DNA of 64,000 nt, taken from Laetmonice hystrix. Its lineage: Eukaryota. The DNA is taken from assembly GCA_965235115.1 (NCBI GenBank), contig OZ249446.1, positions 2,914,001 to 2,978,000 of the forward strand, read 5' to 3'. A model generated the notes under the pieces. That model did no database searches. It was not told the origin of the DNA and was given only the letters and a program-made list of their open reading frames with translations. Shown in pieces: positions 1 to 11,538 of the stretch. Made by a program: the position numbers and the translations under genes. Each line of letters begins with the position of its first letter. Position 1 is the first letter of the stretch.

Positions 1-690
1 AAAAAGTTTCCATATTGACCTTGAAAACCGTCCCAATAGTCAGAACACTAATGACGGCATAACGTCATGACATTACCTCATGTAACGTCATGACTCATTG
101 TCAGATCAGAGTTGGTGACTATCAACATGTCCACCAAATTTGACTTTGATATCTTGAAAAACGACCGAGATACGACCCGTTTACTACTACTACATCTACT
201 ACGCATATAATACAGAAACCGAAACCAGACCATTTCTAGATCCCATCCCCCTAGGATGGGGGATGGGATAATAAAAAGGCGTAATTTAGGAACGTAATTT
301 TTAATAAGTTGGGTGTTATGTAACACTTATTCACACAACCCAACCCCTCCCTCTGTAACGCTTTGTAACGGAACCCTACATACCCAACCACCCCCCAAGC
401 GTTACGTAATTTATGGACAGCCCCCAAGGCAGGGTAGAGATTTGCCTCTTCACTTTATTACATTATCGGTCAAGATGGTATTACATTATAATAGAGTATT
501 TTATTACATTATCCGTCAAAATTGTATTACAATATCGGTTAGCAATTTTTCCCGAATTTCATTACATTATCGGTCGATTATTACATTTTTAGTTGGAGAG
601 GTTGTTGATAATGTAATGATAATGTAATAATTTATAAAATTTTGACCTTTATCACATTATCGGTCAGTTATTACATTATCGGTTGTAACA
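1..690. mobile_element. Right-hand part of a second copy of the TGT...ACA foldback-like element (cut by window start)
   Basis: Aligns to 17540-18231 with only ~5 differences by eye. Ends in the same TIR terminus ...TTACATTATCGGTTGTAACA at 690. Confidence 0.93.
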
Positions 691-2499
691 GGGCGGCTTC
701 CGTCGCGTGCGTTTCGCGTTTGGCTTCGTCTTAGTTTCCGAGAGGTTGAGGCAGAGGTTGTTTAAAATGAAACACTGCGAAGAGACAATATGACAGGCCT
801 AGCCTTTGTTTACCGAGCTAGGAGATGCTTATTATGAAGGACATAAGCCCCCAGAATGAATGTCTATTTTGGTAGTTTTGCTAACAATGATGTCTGCCAG
901 CAGCTGAGACTGGTCAGAGCGAGATAATGGCCGGAGACAGTCATCATTTAGCCTTTGTTTGGCTGTACAAGAACACAGTTCTTACGTCCTGATTCTACCT
1001 GACATAGCGTGTTAGCTGTTCAGCCCGGAGGTTTTCCCCAACCGTCACACCTTTCACTGTCCCGTGTTGCAATACCACCCTTTTTTCTCTTGTCTACAAG
1101 ACAAAAAAAGACAAAAGGTTAACCTTTTCAAGCCAGACACTGTGAATGCCTGTCGCGACTCCGGCGCCAGCCATAAGGCGTTTGTTCTTCGTAAAGCAGA
1201 ACCTGAATGAAAAATCGCCGAGTTAGAGCCATCGGCCCAGACACCCGTATGTCAGCTGAGTTCGACATCCTGGACGTCCTGGCTTATCGACCGGCTTACC
1301 ACCTCTTCTCACTCCGCACTTAGTCAAGGAATAAATATGGAGAGCTCTACCACAATGCACAAATAACATGGACCATTTAAAAATAGGACGCGATTGCAGG
1401 GATAATAGAGAAAAAAATATTTTTACTTTTCGATTCGATGATAAAATGTTTAATCAATTGTGAAAGCTAACGAGAAAATAACAGCTCAATGTAATTATGC
1501 ATGGATGGGACTAATTCCTAAATAACATTTTAGGCACTGATGAATAATTGTGTGCCATTTCCGCTGTCAGTTCCTTTTCATAATGTGGCATTACCAGGTG
1601 TTTTCCTCTTAGTGGTTAGAGGCAAAACGTAGGATAACATAGTGGAAAAAAACACCCAAAACACCATCAACAACAAACAAAAACGGCGTATCTATGCACT
1701 TTCCCCTATAATGTACAGGTATAGATTACACAGTATCAAAATTGTGTGATATCTGCAGATGGGCACATCCACTAAATACCCTTTGTTAAATGCCGGAATG
1801 AAAGACTGCCTTTTGAAGTATCCCCTTAACTACTGGCTATGCTCATTGTCAAAGTTCGTCAAGTCTACAGTGACTGATAGCTATTTGCTTTAAGCATACA
1901 GGGCGGGGTTATTATTCCATGCTTTGAAGTGAAAAAGACAAAGGGATGAACTGGGTTGGAGCAGATGGTAAAATAACTACGTCATTATCTTCAAAGGTAG
2001 AACAGGGTACATTTGGCGGGTCAGAACGAAAACTCAAGGGCGATTCGGCCAATGACCACTGCGACCAAACTTGTCTGTTGACGATATTTCATATCAACAG
2101 GAAACCAATATTTGAGACGGGAGAAAGTTATGGTTTTACGCTCTGTCTGTAGATTTTTTCCAACTATATTAAGGCTACCTTCACGACGCAAACAGAAACT
2201 AGAAAATGCTAGATAAGGGGCTTATTGCATGTCTCTCCTATTCTCACGGCGATAATTGAAACGGTTAAAAACCATTTACACCTTAATAAGCAGGATAGGG
2301 ACGTCACGTAGCTATGAACTATTTAAAATGAAATTTTAGTATCGTGCGCTCACAAAACAATTCGGAATCTGTGTTTCTGGAGTCTTGAAACTTTCAGCAG
2401 TAGGGATGGATCAATGAAAATTAATGCGTTATCTTGTTTTGAACCCAATTTCGCGTGTGTCATTACGACAGAGACCCGTGGGGCATTGACTCCCTGTTG

Positions 2500-2576
2500 C
2501 CGCGTAATATTTTCGCCGTGAAGATGACCTTAGATACCGACACGTCGTAAAACCACCATTTATCGCTCACTCACAC
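2500..2576 (+). mobile_element. SINE-like 3' tail fragment
   Basis: TTTTCGCCGTGA...CGTAAAACCACCA...CTCACTCAC recurs in reverse orientation at ~29876-29935. The (CTCA)n ending is typical of invertebrate SINE tails. Confidence 0.5.
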
Positions 2577-2598
2577 ATCGTGTGTCGCAATGGCCTTG

Positions 2599-2636
2599 TG
2601 ACGTCATTCACGCGAATGGTTTCTAGAACCGGAAGT
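2599..2636. promoter_or_regulatory. Promoter-like CRE + ETS motif pair
   Basis: TGACGTCA at 2599-2606 and CCGGAAGT at 2629-2636 in CpG-rich sequence. GTCATGG starts a 62-aa ORF at 2744. Confidence 0.3.
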
Positions 2637-3270
2637 ACAAGTGGGGCGTCTCGCGTGGTTGGCACCCGAACATCCTTGCCTGTCAAAGTGAGTGTCCTGG
2701 CGTCCCTGGGGTTAGAAAGGGTGCACCCCCTGGGAACGAAGTCATGGCAGCGCCTCCACGCCCACTGACAACAGGCGGCCCCGGCACAGCGCCCTTGTTA
2801 AAAGACCGCTTCTATCTCGTTCTTCCGAGTTCAACCGACGGTCGGTATCATCACACGCTACTAACGATCGATCACGGACAGCGAAAACTTCACACAGAGC
2901 TCAAAGAAAGTATAAAAATAATTCTCTTCTAGTTAATCATGCATCCGTCACTGCTCAGCTTGAAGTTAGGTGCATGGCCTCCGACAGAGTGTAAGCATAC
3001 CATGATAGCCTACAAAGTGAGTAAGAGAAGGGGGGTTATGTCGGTCTTCATGGCGAATTCAGTGAAACTAAGAAAAGGTGGAAAGGGGCCTATCATCTCC
3101 CAGCTTCCGGGAGAAATACCATAGTGTAAAATAGACTTGGTTGTTGTCATATTCTTAACTAAAGGCTAATATATTTTATGCTAGATTACTGGTAACTTCT
3201 TTTATTCTAGATTACGAGGTACCCACGAAACATTGGTTGGTAACATTATTCTTCAGAATTCGAGGTCGTA

Positions 3271-3543
3271 CGATGGCGTATCAAGGGGGTTCCAAGTATC
3301 CCGGACCCCCCCCCCCCCCCCGTTCAAAAAAATACTATACTAAAGACATTTTTTGAAAACATGAGTGTAAACAGTGCATTATTTTAAACAAAGGAAATCT
3401 TCGTAATTCCACATAACATTGCAAAATTTCATGATTTAAAAAAAAAAAATCCCAGCGGGACACGGCTTATGGCCATCTCTGAAGTACCTAAATTTCGCCC
3501 CCCCCCCTCCTCCCCCTTTAACCAGTTTCTGGATACGCCACTG
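3271..3543. mobile_element. MITE with CAGTGGCGTATCCAG-type TIRs and apparent 5-bp TSD
   Basis: Left end CGATGGCGTATCAAG, right end CTGGATACGCCACTG. TCGTA flanks both sides (3266-3270, 3544-3548). Internal poly-C tracts. Confidence 0.65.
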
Positions 3544-4185
3544 TCGTAAAAGGTGACACTTGTGTTCTGAAATCGTCAAAGGTTGGCATACTCTGTGCAG
3601 GACTCGGCCATGGCGGCTCAGCTGACGGGAGAAGGAATCATACTAAACGAGGGAGACGCCGGTATGTGGAGACGTCAGTCCTCAGGCTTATGGTACACAG
3701 ATACACCAGCGTCTTTCACTGGGTAAGGACACTGTTCTTTTACTTTCTCACTCACAGGACGTCACGAGCGTCAGATCAATTATGGCTGTCCTACGAATGG
3801 AGTCATTGAGATGGACATGACAAGAGTAGCCTGATTTCTGGGGCCTCCTGAGGGAACGTCTAATTTCTAAATAGTAGGTGTGCCTCCCGGGTGGCCGACA
3901 GAGATCACGCTAGGAATGACATTCACTCTTGTAAAGAGAGTGTTGTTCACTGAGCGCCGTTACTCCGTTGTAAATAATATTTACATAAATTGTTCCGGGT
4001 AACAAATCGTCGCCACCTCTTCCGGGCAGGAGGGAAGTGTCTTTAAACTCGGTTTCAATATTGCACGCACGCTCACATTCGCGCCCATTTGCTGAAATGA
4101 ACGCTCACAGATCCTGCACGGGACTCTGGGCAAGCCGCAGGGGGTAACGAGGACACCGAGGTGAACTACTTTCACCGTATAGCAC

Positions 4186-4255
4186 ATGGAAGACATAGCT
4201 TCCCGCGTGACACCAGTCAAACCGGCGGCGGTTAAGCTCAAGACAGTCAACCAGC
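4186..4255 (+). CDS. Candidate first coding exon (MEDIASRVTPVKPAAVKLKTVNQ), product unknown
   Basis: ATG at 4186, open frame, GTAAGT donor at 4256, CpG-rich surroundings. No homology recognised. Confidence 0.25.
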
Positions 4256-4480
4256 GTAAGTTTGATTCAAGACCTGTTTAACAACATCAGCGATCTTGCC
4301 GACGGGCACGCACTACTTTGTATCCACGGTGTAGTAATCTAACGAGTGTGACGAGTGAGGTGGCGCGGATGCTCCTAATCGGGCCGTGAGTGATATGTAA
4401 TCTGTGAGAGTGCTTTCCCCGCACGAACGAAGATTGCCGAAAGGACTCGAGTGTCAGAATATACTGCACGCAGGCTATTG

Positions 4481-4517
4481 TGACGTCAGGGGTGACGTTT
4501 ATGTACGTCACTTCCGG
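4481..4517. promoter_or_regulatory. CRE plus overlapping ETS-CRE composite motif
   Basis: TGACGTCA at 4481-4488. ACGTCACTTCCGG at 4505-4517 is the reverse complement of CCGGAAGTGACGT. Confidence 0.35.
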
Positions 4518-4864
4518 TTACTTTGCAATCAGACTCCCTTTGTTAGATGAAGGGTGTATAGCGATGTGCTGTGTGATTAAAAAACGCGATATAAATAATT
4601 GCTACCCACGCAGATATATACAAAATTATTTATTTAAATGACACTCACCAGATTTTTTTGCTACTGGAATGTTGCTACTGATACCACATGCTATATAGCT
4701 TATTTCTAGCCGAACCGTCAATATGAGTATAAGACATTCGATTATCGCATACATCATTCCGTACAGCACTCCTCCACTACAATCCCTACCATATACATGT
4801 AGGCTTTTAAAAATCATCCAGTTTTTTTCACGCCTTCTCTCATGAGTCCCCGCCAGTAGAAGTC

Positions 4865-5060
4865 TTATGTTTTAAGCGTACTTGGCTGCATGTGTGAAAA
4901 GTTTGTCAGTCAGTTCCTTCCCGAAGGTCTGTGGTTTCCTCCGGGTGCTCCGGTTTCCTCCACCAAGAAAAACTGACTTTCATAATCATCTTCACCACCG
5001 TGATATGACCCTGGCGGTTGCAAGGCGTAAAACCCCAAATACCCACCCACCCACCCACGC
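4865..5060 (+). mobile_element. V-domain SINE remnant (5'-degenerate)
   Basis: GTGGTTTCCTCCGGGTGCTCCGGTTTCCTCCAC matches the V-SINE central domain. Preceded by TGTGAAAAGTTTGTCAGT and followed by a GGCGTAAAACCCCAAA + (ACCC)n tail. Confidence 0.75.
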
Positions 5061-5709
5061 CAACCCACGTCTTCCCACAGTATTCTGCTGGGCATCGTGT
5101 CTTCAGTGTCTGAACAAGACCGACAATCCGTCCCTGTACGCCAGGAGATGGCCACTGATTGCCAGGGCCACTGATTGGACCTGTCCTCACATATTCCTGG
5201 CCATTATACAACTTGCGTCACAGTCTCAATGTACGCCGTATTGTACGAGAGGCGACACCATTGGAGATCAAACAGCTGCCATATCTCTACCATAGCTGAC
5301 ATGCCTTCATCTATAACCATATTGCTGAACCTCTCCGCGCAATATTTTAAGAGAGGATTGATTATATTGTCCGGCGCCTTTTTGACGCGCCAGTGCAGTA
5401 TCTCTCCCGTACAATGACATTCCCAGCCATCAATATCTCACAGATTGCCACGTGGATTCCATCAGTTCCCCCAAAATTAGATCATTATCTGCAATGGCAC
5501 ACTTTGAGGTAGTCGAGACATTACCCAACAGGGCCCCTAAAGCTCCTTACCAGTTGTTAATAATTGGTGACCATGAACGGTTCCCCTGGTTCATGGATAA
5601 AGAGAAGTCATATTGCACAGTCCATTATCTCATCTAGTAGTAGAGGAAACTTTCTTCAAATTATATATTATTACTAAATATATTAAATATGATATATAAG
5701 AGTGGATGG

Positions 5710-6843
5710 TATCTCTGCTACCTGTATCCTGCTGGTTGTGTTTATCTCTGTTACCTGTATCCTGCTGGTTGTGTTTATCTCTGTTACCTGTATCCTGCTG
5801 GTTGTGTTTATCTCTGTTACCTGTATCCTGCTGGTTGTGTTTATCTCTGTTACCTGTATCCTGCTGGTTGTGTTTATCTCTGTTACCTGTATCCTGCTGG
5901 TTGTGTTTATCTCTGTTACCTGTATCCTGCTGGTTGTGTTTATCTCTGTTACCTGTATCATGCTGGTTGTGTTTATCTCTGTTACCTGTATCATGCTGGT
6001 TGTGTTTATCTCTGTTACCTGTATCCTGCTGGTTGTGTTTATCTCTGTTACCTGTATCCTGCTGGTTGTGTTTATCTCTGCTACCTGTATCCTGCTGGTT
6101 GTGTTTATCTCTGTTACCTGTATCCTGCTGGTTGTGTTTATCTCTGTTACCTGTATCCAGCTGGTTGACTTTATCTCTGTTACCTGTATCCTGCTGGTTG
6201 TGTTTATTTCTCCTACCTGTATCCTGCTGGTTGTGTTTATCTCTGTTACCTGTATCCTGCTGGTTGTGTTTATCTCTGTTACCTGTATCCTGCTGGTTGT
6301 GTTTATCTCTGTTACCTGTATCCTGCTGGTTGTGTTTATCTCTGTTACCTGTATCCTGCTGGTTGTGTTTATCTCTGTTACCTGTATCCTGCTGGTTGTG
6401 TTTATCTCTGTTACCTGTATCCTGCTGGTTGTGTTTATCTCTGCTACCTGTATCATGCTGGTTGTGTTTATCTCTGTTACCTGTATCCTGCTGGTTGTGT
6501 TTATCTCTGTTACCTGTATCATGCTGGTTGTGTTTATCTCTGCTACCTGTATCATGCTGGTTGTGTTTATCTCTGTTACCTGTATCCTGCTGGTTGTGTT
6601 TATCTCTGTTACCTGTATCCTGCTGGTTGTGTTTATCTCTGTTACCTGTATCCTGCTGGTTGTGTTTATCTCTGCTACCTGTATCCTGCTGGTTGTGTTT
6701 ATCTCTGTTACCTGTATCATGCTGGTTGTGTTTATCTCTGTTACCTGTATCCTGCTGGTTGAGTTTATCCCTGTTACCTGTATCATGCTGGTTGTGTTTA
6801 TCTCTGCTACCTGTATCCTGCTGGTTGTGTTTATCTCCGTTAC
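5710..6843. repeat. 33-bp minisatellite, ~34 copies
   Basis: Unit GTTACCTGTATCCTGCTGGTTGTGTTTATCTCT with a few recurrent variants (GCT/GTT, CAT/CCT). Confidence 0.98.
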
Positions 6844-7260
6844 TAATCTTTAAAAGAAGTTCTCATACGTTCGCTTTGTTGAGTACTGCGCAGTATTGAT
6901 AGAATTCTTAATATTTCCCGGCACATCCACATCTTTAACGCATCGGTACGTTCCCAAGAATCCTTGCAGAATGATCTTTGCCTGCGAGACATGGACAAAG
7001 TGCAAATATTTTCTTTGTTTAGATTTTCAGCTGTTTTCTTCATTTTTTTATTACATTTTGTCTTGCAATCTCTCTTGACGATCATGGTATGTGTCCTCTT
7101 TGCATTCAAGCGTAATCCTCTCTTCAAGACTTCGACATTTACCTCATCCAAGATAACTTGCAGTGCGCTGTTTGTTTGTTTAAGATATGCCGTGTCTATT
7201 AAACATATCCGTATCATAACGATGCCTACTATCCTCCATTGGTAGGGCCAGTAAGAAAAG
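6843..7260 (-). mobile_element. Degenerate RTE-like non-LTR retrotransposon reverse-transcriptase fragment
   Basis: IRICLIDT...LQVILDEVNVEVLKRGLRLNAKRTHTMIV resembles the RTE IRYADDT...LQxLLDxV...GLxLNxKKTxxM block. DALKMWMCREILRI resembles EAFEMWxxRRMLRI. Internally deleted. Confidence 0.8.
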
Positions 7261-7315
7261 TGAGACTGGAAAGATCCAAATCCATCTGTGTGATTCTACT
7301 TCCGCTCAGCAGCCT

Positions 7316-7405
7316 CATTTGTCGCCTTTCACGAACATCCACGGGTTGAGCTGAGGATCATTTGTACCCCTGATCTGGGCCGGAGTACCCGGGGGAACCA
7401 CCGCC
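7316..7405 (-). mobile_element. SINE fragment: V-like motif joined to Meta-like domain
   Basis: The minus strand reads GGTGGTTCCCCCGGGTACTCCGG, followed by a 60-bp block that is 53/60 identical to 42312-42371. Confidence 0.6.
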
Positions 7406-7479
7406 ATGCAGCAATAATTAGCAGACCGTTTAGGGAGAGACGCAGGACATCGGACGCGGAGATGAGACATCCTGTGAAG

Positions 7480-7760
7480 TTAGATCGCACGGCCTCATAA
7501 TGAGCCAATTAACATGCAAGCAATGCATTGGGGGCACCTGCAGACCAGTAGCTTACTGACGGTTAGTGGTTTTCCCTCGGGTAGTCCAACCTGGAGAAAC
7601 CAATCTCAGCTGGACTGTTACCAATACTCAATCCTTTCTGACACAACTGCTGAGGTAAAAATTGAATCACTCCCATTTCTACACCTCTTGAATTGTGACT
7701 ACCCAGACGGATCTCCACCCTCACGTCCAGTGCCTCGTCGTGATTAAGCATTCCATCACA
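7480..7760 (-). mobile_element. Possible decayed CR1/L2-like APE endonuclease fragment
   Basis: Stop-interrupted translation includes RRGTGREGG and WFLQVGLPEGKPLTV, reminiscent of R..R.GGGV and LWxQVxLPxxKPxxV in CR1-clade ORF2. Confidence 0.3.
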
Positions 7761-9240
7761 GATTCAATTTCACACTCTTCCCAGTGTCCGAAGATTGATT
7801 TGATTTCAATCATCCCTGTAACCTCCACCACGACGGAAGCGTGCAACCAGAATACATTAACCTACTTACCATGAAGCTCCTATTACTCCAAACTGCTGAC
7901 CAATTATTAATCGTACAGACCTGCTGTGTACTGCATACTGCGTGTATTGTTACCTTAAGAGCTCACATAGCATCCTCCTCTGTCTGGCAATAGGTCGAGC
8001 TTCTGATAACCCTGAAAGCTGCCGGGAATGGGTTATCTAAGTGCCGCAGGAACAAATGCAACAGAACCCTTCACAGTGTCATATGGCCCTGGAAGTATTT
8101 GCACACTCAGCTTGTTAGGTTTTGCTGAGCTCGTATGATTAAATCTGTTTTTTGCCTGAAGGCCAAGTCAGAATCCTTTGTACACACACAACCCTTTAGA
8201 AACCTACACTCCATTTTTCGATTGTGGCAGCATTTGTTGAAAGATTAGCAAATCTCCGTTGGCTTCGTTCTGTGGCTTTTAAGGTTCGATGTGGCGTACG
8301 AATCGGTGTTTTTATTTCCCTTGTGCCTCGTAAATATATGCCATGAGATCTGACGGCATGTACAGATACGAATATACTAGCTCGATAAAGATTGTATACG
8401 TCGATGAGTTCTTTGGACACCCCAAGCTGAAGTCACCTCAACATTTCTCTATTGGACACCGATGGCAGGCCGAACCAGAGGCGCACGAATCTGCAAGTCG
8501 AAATGGCATACTTGACAGTCTTGAGAACCCGGGAGCCATGGAGAGGAAGTGCTGTGGTTTGAGCTGGTCTCGGCACGACCTCTTTCATTCGACCCCCACG
8601 AGATTAAAGGTCAAACTGCAGTAAAACTTCCGGGCATGGCAGCTTTATCGGGTATGTGCAGACTAAAGGTTGTTGGCTCGCTCTCCTGCAGGCTGGGCCT
8701 GCACAGGAAGGCTATTTGAAGTAAAAAAATTAGGATGGTCGCAAAATACCAAAGTGACATTTGGCACATACCGTGAAGGCCCCGCCATGAACCTTAATTT
8801 TTTATGACTGAACACACGAATTTGGGGAGATATTGGAGAGTCAACTCGCTCGTAAAAGGGTTCTAGGTTCAAAGCTTTACGTTGCCGGGGGATGAACAAA
8901 AAAATAACTCTTGGAGGGTCCACACCCATCTAGCATGGCCCCCTCATCAACAGTCCTGCCAATAGCCACAAGGAATCGCACAGTATGCCTACCACCCATC
9001 GTCGATGACAGAGCCTTTTCCAATCTGCCAATTAACTATGGTCGATGTTCTTAGCGGCCCTGTCTGCAGGTTCCTGTATTATTCTATCGACTTTTTTTGG
9101 GGTTGGCATGTCAGTTCCATTAGAACCCTATATTAGCCATTTTAGGTAAACTGAAGTACCATTATAATCTTTTATAACCCGAAACACACTCATACGTTTG
9201 GCCAGGCATACCCCGACGCAGGCATTTTTCGTCGTATGAT

Positions 9241-9462
9241 ACTATAGTCTGTTCGCTCTAAGAAGAGCTCGACCTTGTCCTCATTAAAGCTCTGACCTGC
9301 CCCCCTCCTCCCATCTACCCACAGCTGGCGTATCACAAGTCATCACCGCCTGTCATTCAAGAATATGACCAAATTCCACGTGGTTCTGTATTACCCCAAA
9401 TGAAGTAATATAGCTTTAATGAGGCCGAGGTCAAGCTCTTCTTAGAGTGAACAGACTATAGT
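9241..9462. mobile_element. 222-bp MITE with 51-bp inverted ends
   Basis: 9241-9291 versus the reverse complement of 9412-9462: 47/51 identical. Both ends carry the palindrome ACTATAGT. Confidence 0.85.
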
Positions 9463-9463
9463 C

Positions 9464-9708
9464 ACCGGGCGTCTTGTTTGGTGGCCCTTGACTTAACCAG
9501 GGTCAAAGCTTTACGTTACCGGAGGCCGGGCGTCTTGTTTGGTGGCCCTTGACTTAACCAGGGTCAAAGCTTTACGTTACCGGAGGCCGGGCGTCTTGTT
9601 TGGTGGCCCTTGTCTTAACCAGGGTCAAAGCTTTACGTTACCGGAGGCCGGGCGTCTTGTTTGGTGGCCCTTGACTTAACCAGGGTCAAAGCTTTACGTT
9701 ACCGGAGG
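9464..9708. repeat. 61-bp minisatellite, 4 copies
   Basis: GTGGCCCTT recurs at 9481, 9542, 9603 and 9664. Confidence 0.97.
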
Positions 9709-10362
9709 ATGAACAAAAAATTAATTCTTGAAGAAAGCACGCCCATTGGACGATTACTTCTTATAAGATAAGATTCAGATAATTCTTTTTTAGTTTTAGT
9801 CAAAGTGGAACTTGCCACAGTACGTCGGGAAAATACTTTTTGTGTGATTGGATCCTCGAGGCCTCTGCCAGGCTTGTTGAGTTTCACCAGCAGCTTGTCA
9901 CTAAGAAGAAATTCGTCAGAAATATGAACCGTATGTTATATATTACACGTTCTGTCTTTCCGGTGTTTGCCACTACGCCTTGGCAAGGCAGTAAGAATAT
10001 TTTCACTCCCTTGTGTAATTATCGATGTTTCACTTCAATTGCGGTCGAGCCAAAGGATGGGCATGAACATAAATAGTGGGCGTGGGCACAATCTGTGCGG
10101 TCAAGAGGACAACATATCAGAGACTTGTACAATTAATGAACGTCTTTCGTCCTCGTTTGCTGTGAGCTGGGCGGAAGAAAATGTGCCCGAACAATATGAA
10201 ACATTTTGCTTCTGGTTGACGGCCTATTTCGTAAATCAGCCGAGTATTACGATTCCAATAAATTTCATCTGAATATAGCTACTCGTGGATGCTGCTTTGC
10301 CATATCAAATTTGGTTTCGACACAACACCTGATTAGCCAGCGATCGTTTCAGATATCGGCGA

Positions 10363-10529
10363 CAGGGGCGGATCCAGAATTTTGGTGGGGGTTTAAGGAG
10401 GATAATTTGCTTAGGGGGTTAGTGATCCCTGCATGGCCAATTCAGGAGGATCAATGGAGAAAAAAAAGAAAAATTGGCTCCCAAGGGGGGGGGGGTTAAA
10501 CCATCTAACCCCCCGTGGACCGGTGACTG
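10363..10529. mobile_element. MITE with CAGGGGCGGATCCAG-type end and apparent 5-bp TSD
   Basis: Left CAGGGGCGGATCCAG, degenerate right end GTGGACCGGTGACTG. Flanks are GGCGA and GGTGA, a single CpG-type change. Internal poly-G. Confidence 0.55.
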
Positions 10530-11538
10530 GGTGACACTAGCTACAGGCTGTAATATTGGAATGGTCGCGATTATCTAAAAATATACGGCAAGGTCGTTAG
10601 GAATGTTGTCTGAGTCTGTTTATCGACGCGGCAGTACGACCCGTTTCCTCACGGCATTATATAGAGACAATCATGTCGCCCCTGTATTTTTAAAAAGGGG
10701 TCCTTTCCAATGAAATTAGGCGATCTTTGAAGTAGGAGTATGTATTCCGGGAGTGTACGGTAGAAGTTGGCTACTGATCAGCGACATCTGGTGTATGTTT
10801 CCTGGAAAACCTCACGACGTAAACGTTTAAAAAGAAGACAAAAGTGCGCCTGCGCAGCGTTCAACTAGGCCTTTGAATGCGCTATACAAGGTGATTGAGC
10901 TGCGTCTGAAGAATGGCAAACAGCCTACTGATGTCATCAAGGAACGCCAAGCGTCCGTGACAATACCCAGCGGTTACGGGAATGCCAAGTTAATATTCTT
11001 GAGACTGGCACGCATTCTGAAAAAAACGCCGAGCCCTGCTGGTCCGTTGAGTCTCAAGGAGACACTTGGGGTAAAACAACAACATGATTGGTAAACTGAT
11101 CAATAAGAGATGCCTGTCGACATTTTCAGGTGCAGGTTTGACAATCACGGCCTCCGAGATTGCTGTAATCATTGTCAAGGGGAAACCCATCAAATAAAAA
11201 CCCATCAAATAAAATTAACCCATGAGAATGATGTGGGTGGAAGATGGAACACTATCGAATATCGCCATAATTCTTAATGACATTGGTGTCGTAATTATCT
11301 AGATAAAATACCACACACCATGCAGATAAACCCACTTTCTACTCCGACAATTCACACGACTACATTCACGGTATAAGATGAGGTGTCTGGACTCAATTTA
11401 TTACTTATATCGTCGCCCCAGCCCGCAAAAATATGCACATCAATTCACTTAAGCGGTCTTGTACTCAAATGTATGTGTTCAGGAATTGGGAAGTGAATAC
11501 GTGGACTATTATCCGACCACACCCTGGGCCGTGATGGA

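Noticed and set aside
78-627. ORFs duplicated at 17661-18168
   Set aside because: They lie inside the non-autonomous element. One is frameshifted between copies and no transposase motif is present.
3601-3830. Two adjacent exon-like segments
   Set aside because: The implied intron is only ~36 nt, and the frames do not join into a coherent product.
5683-6899. ORFs of 159-397 aa in four frames
   Set aside because: They are products of a 33-bp stop-free tandem repeat, open on both strands, with no unique coding context.
8930-9040. IGKGSVIDDGW*AY resembling the Merlin/ISXO2 motif
   Set aside because: It is interrupted by stops, the following VNH motif is absent and there are no TIRs. Too weak to call.
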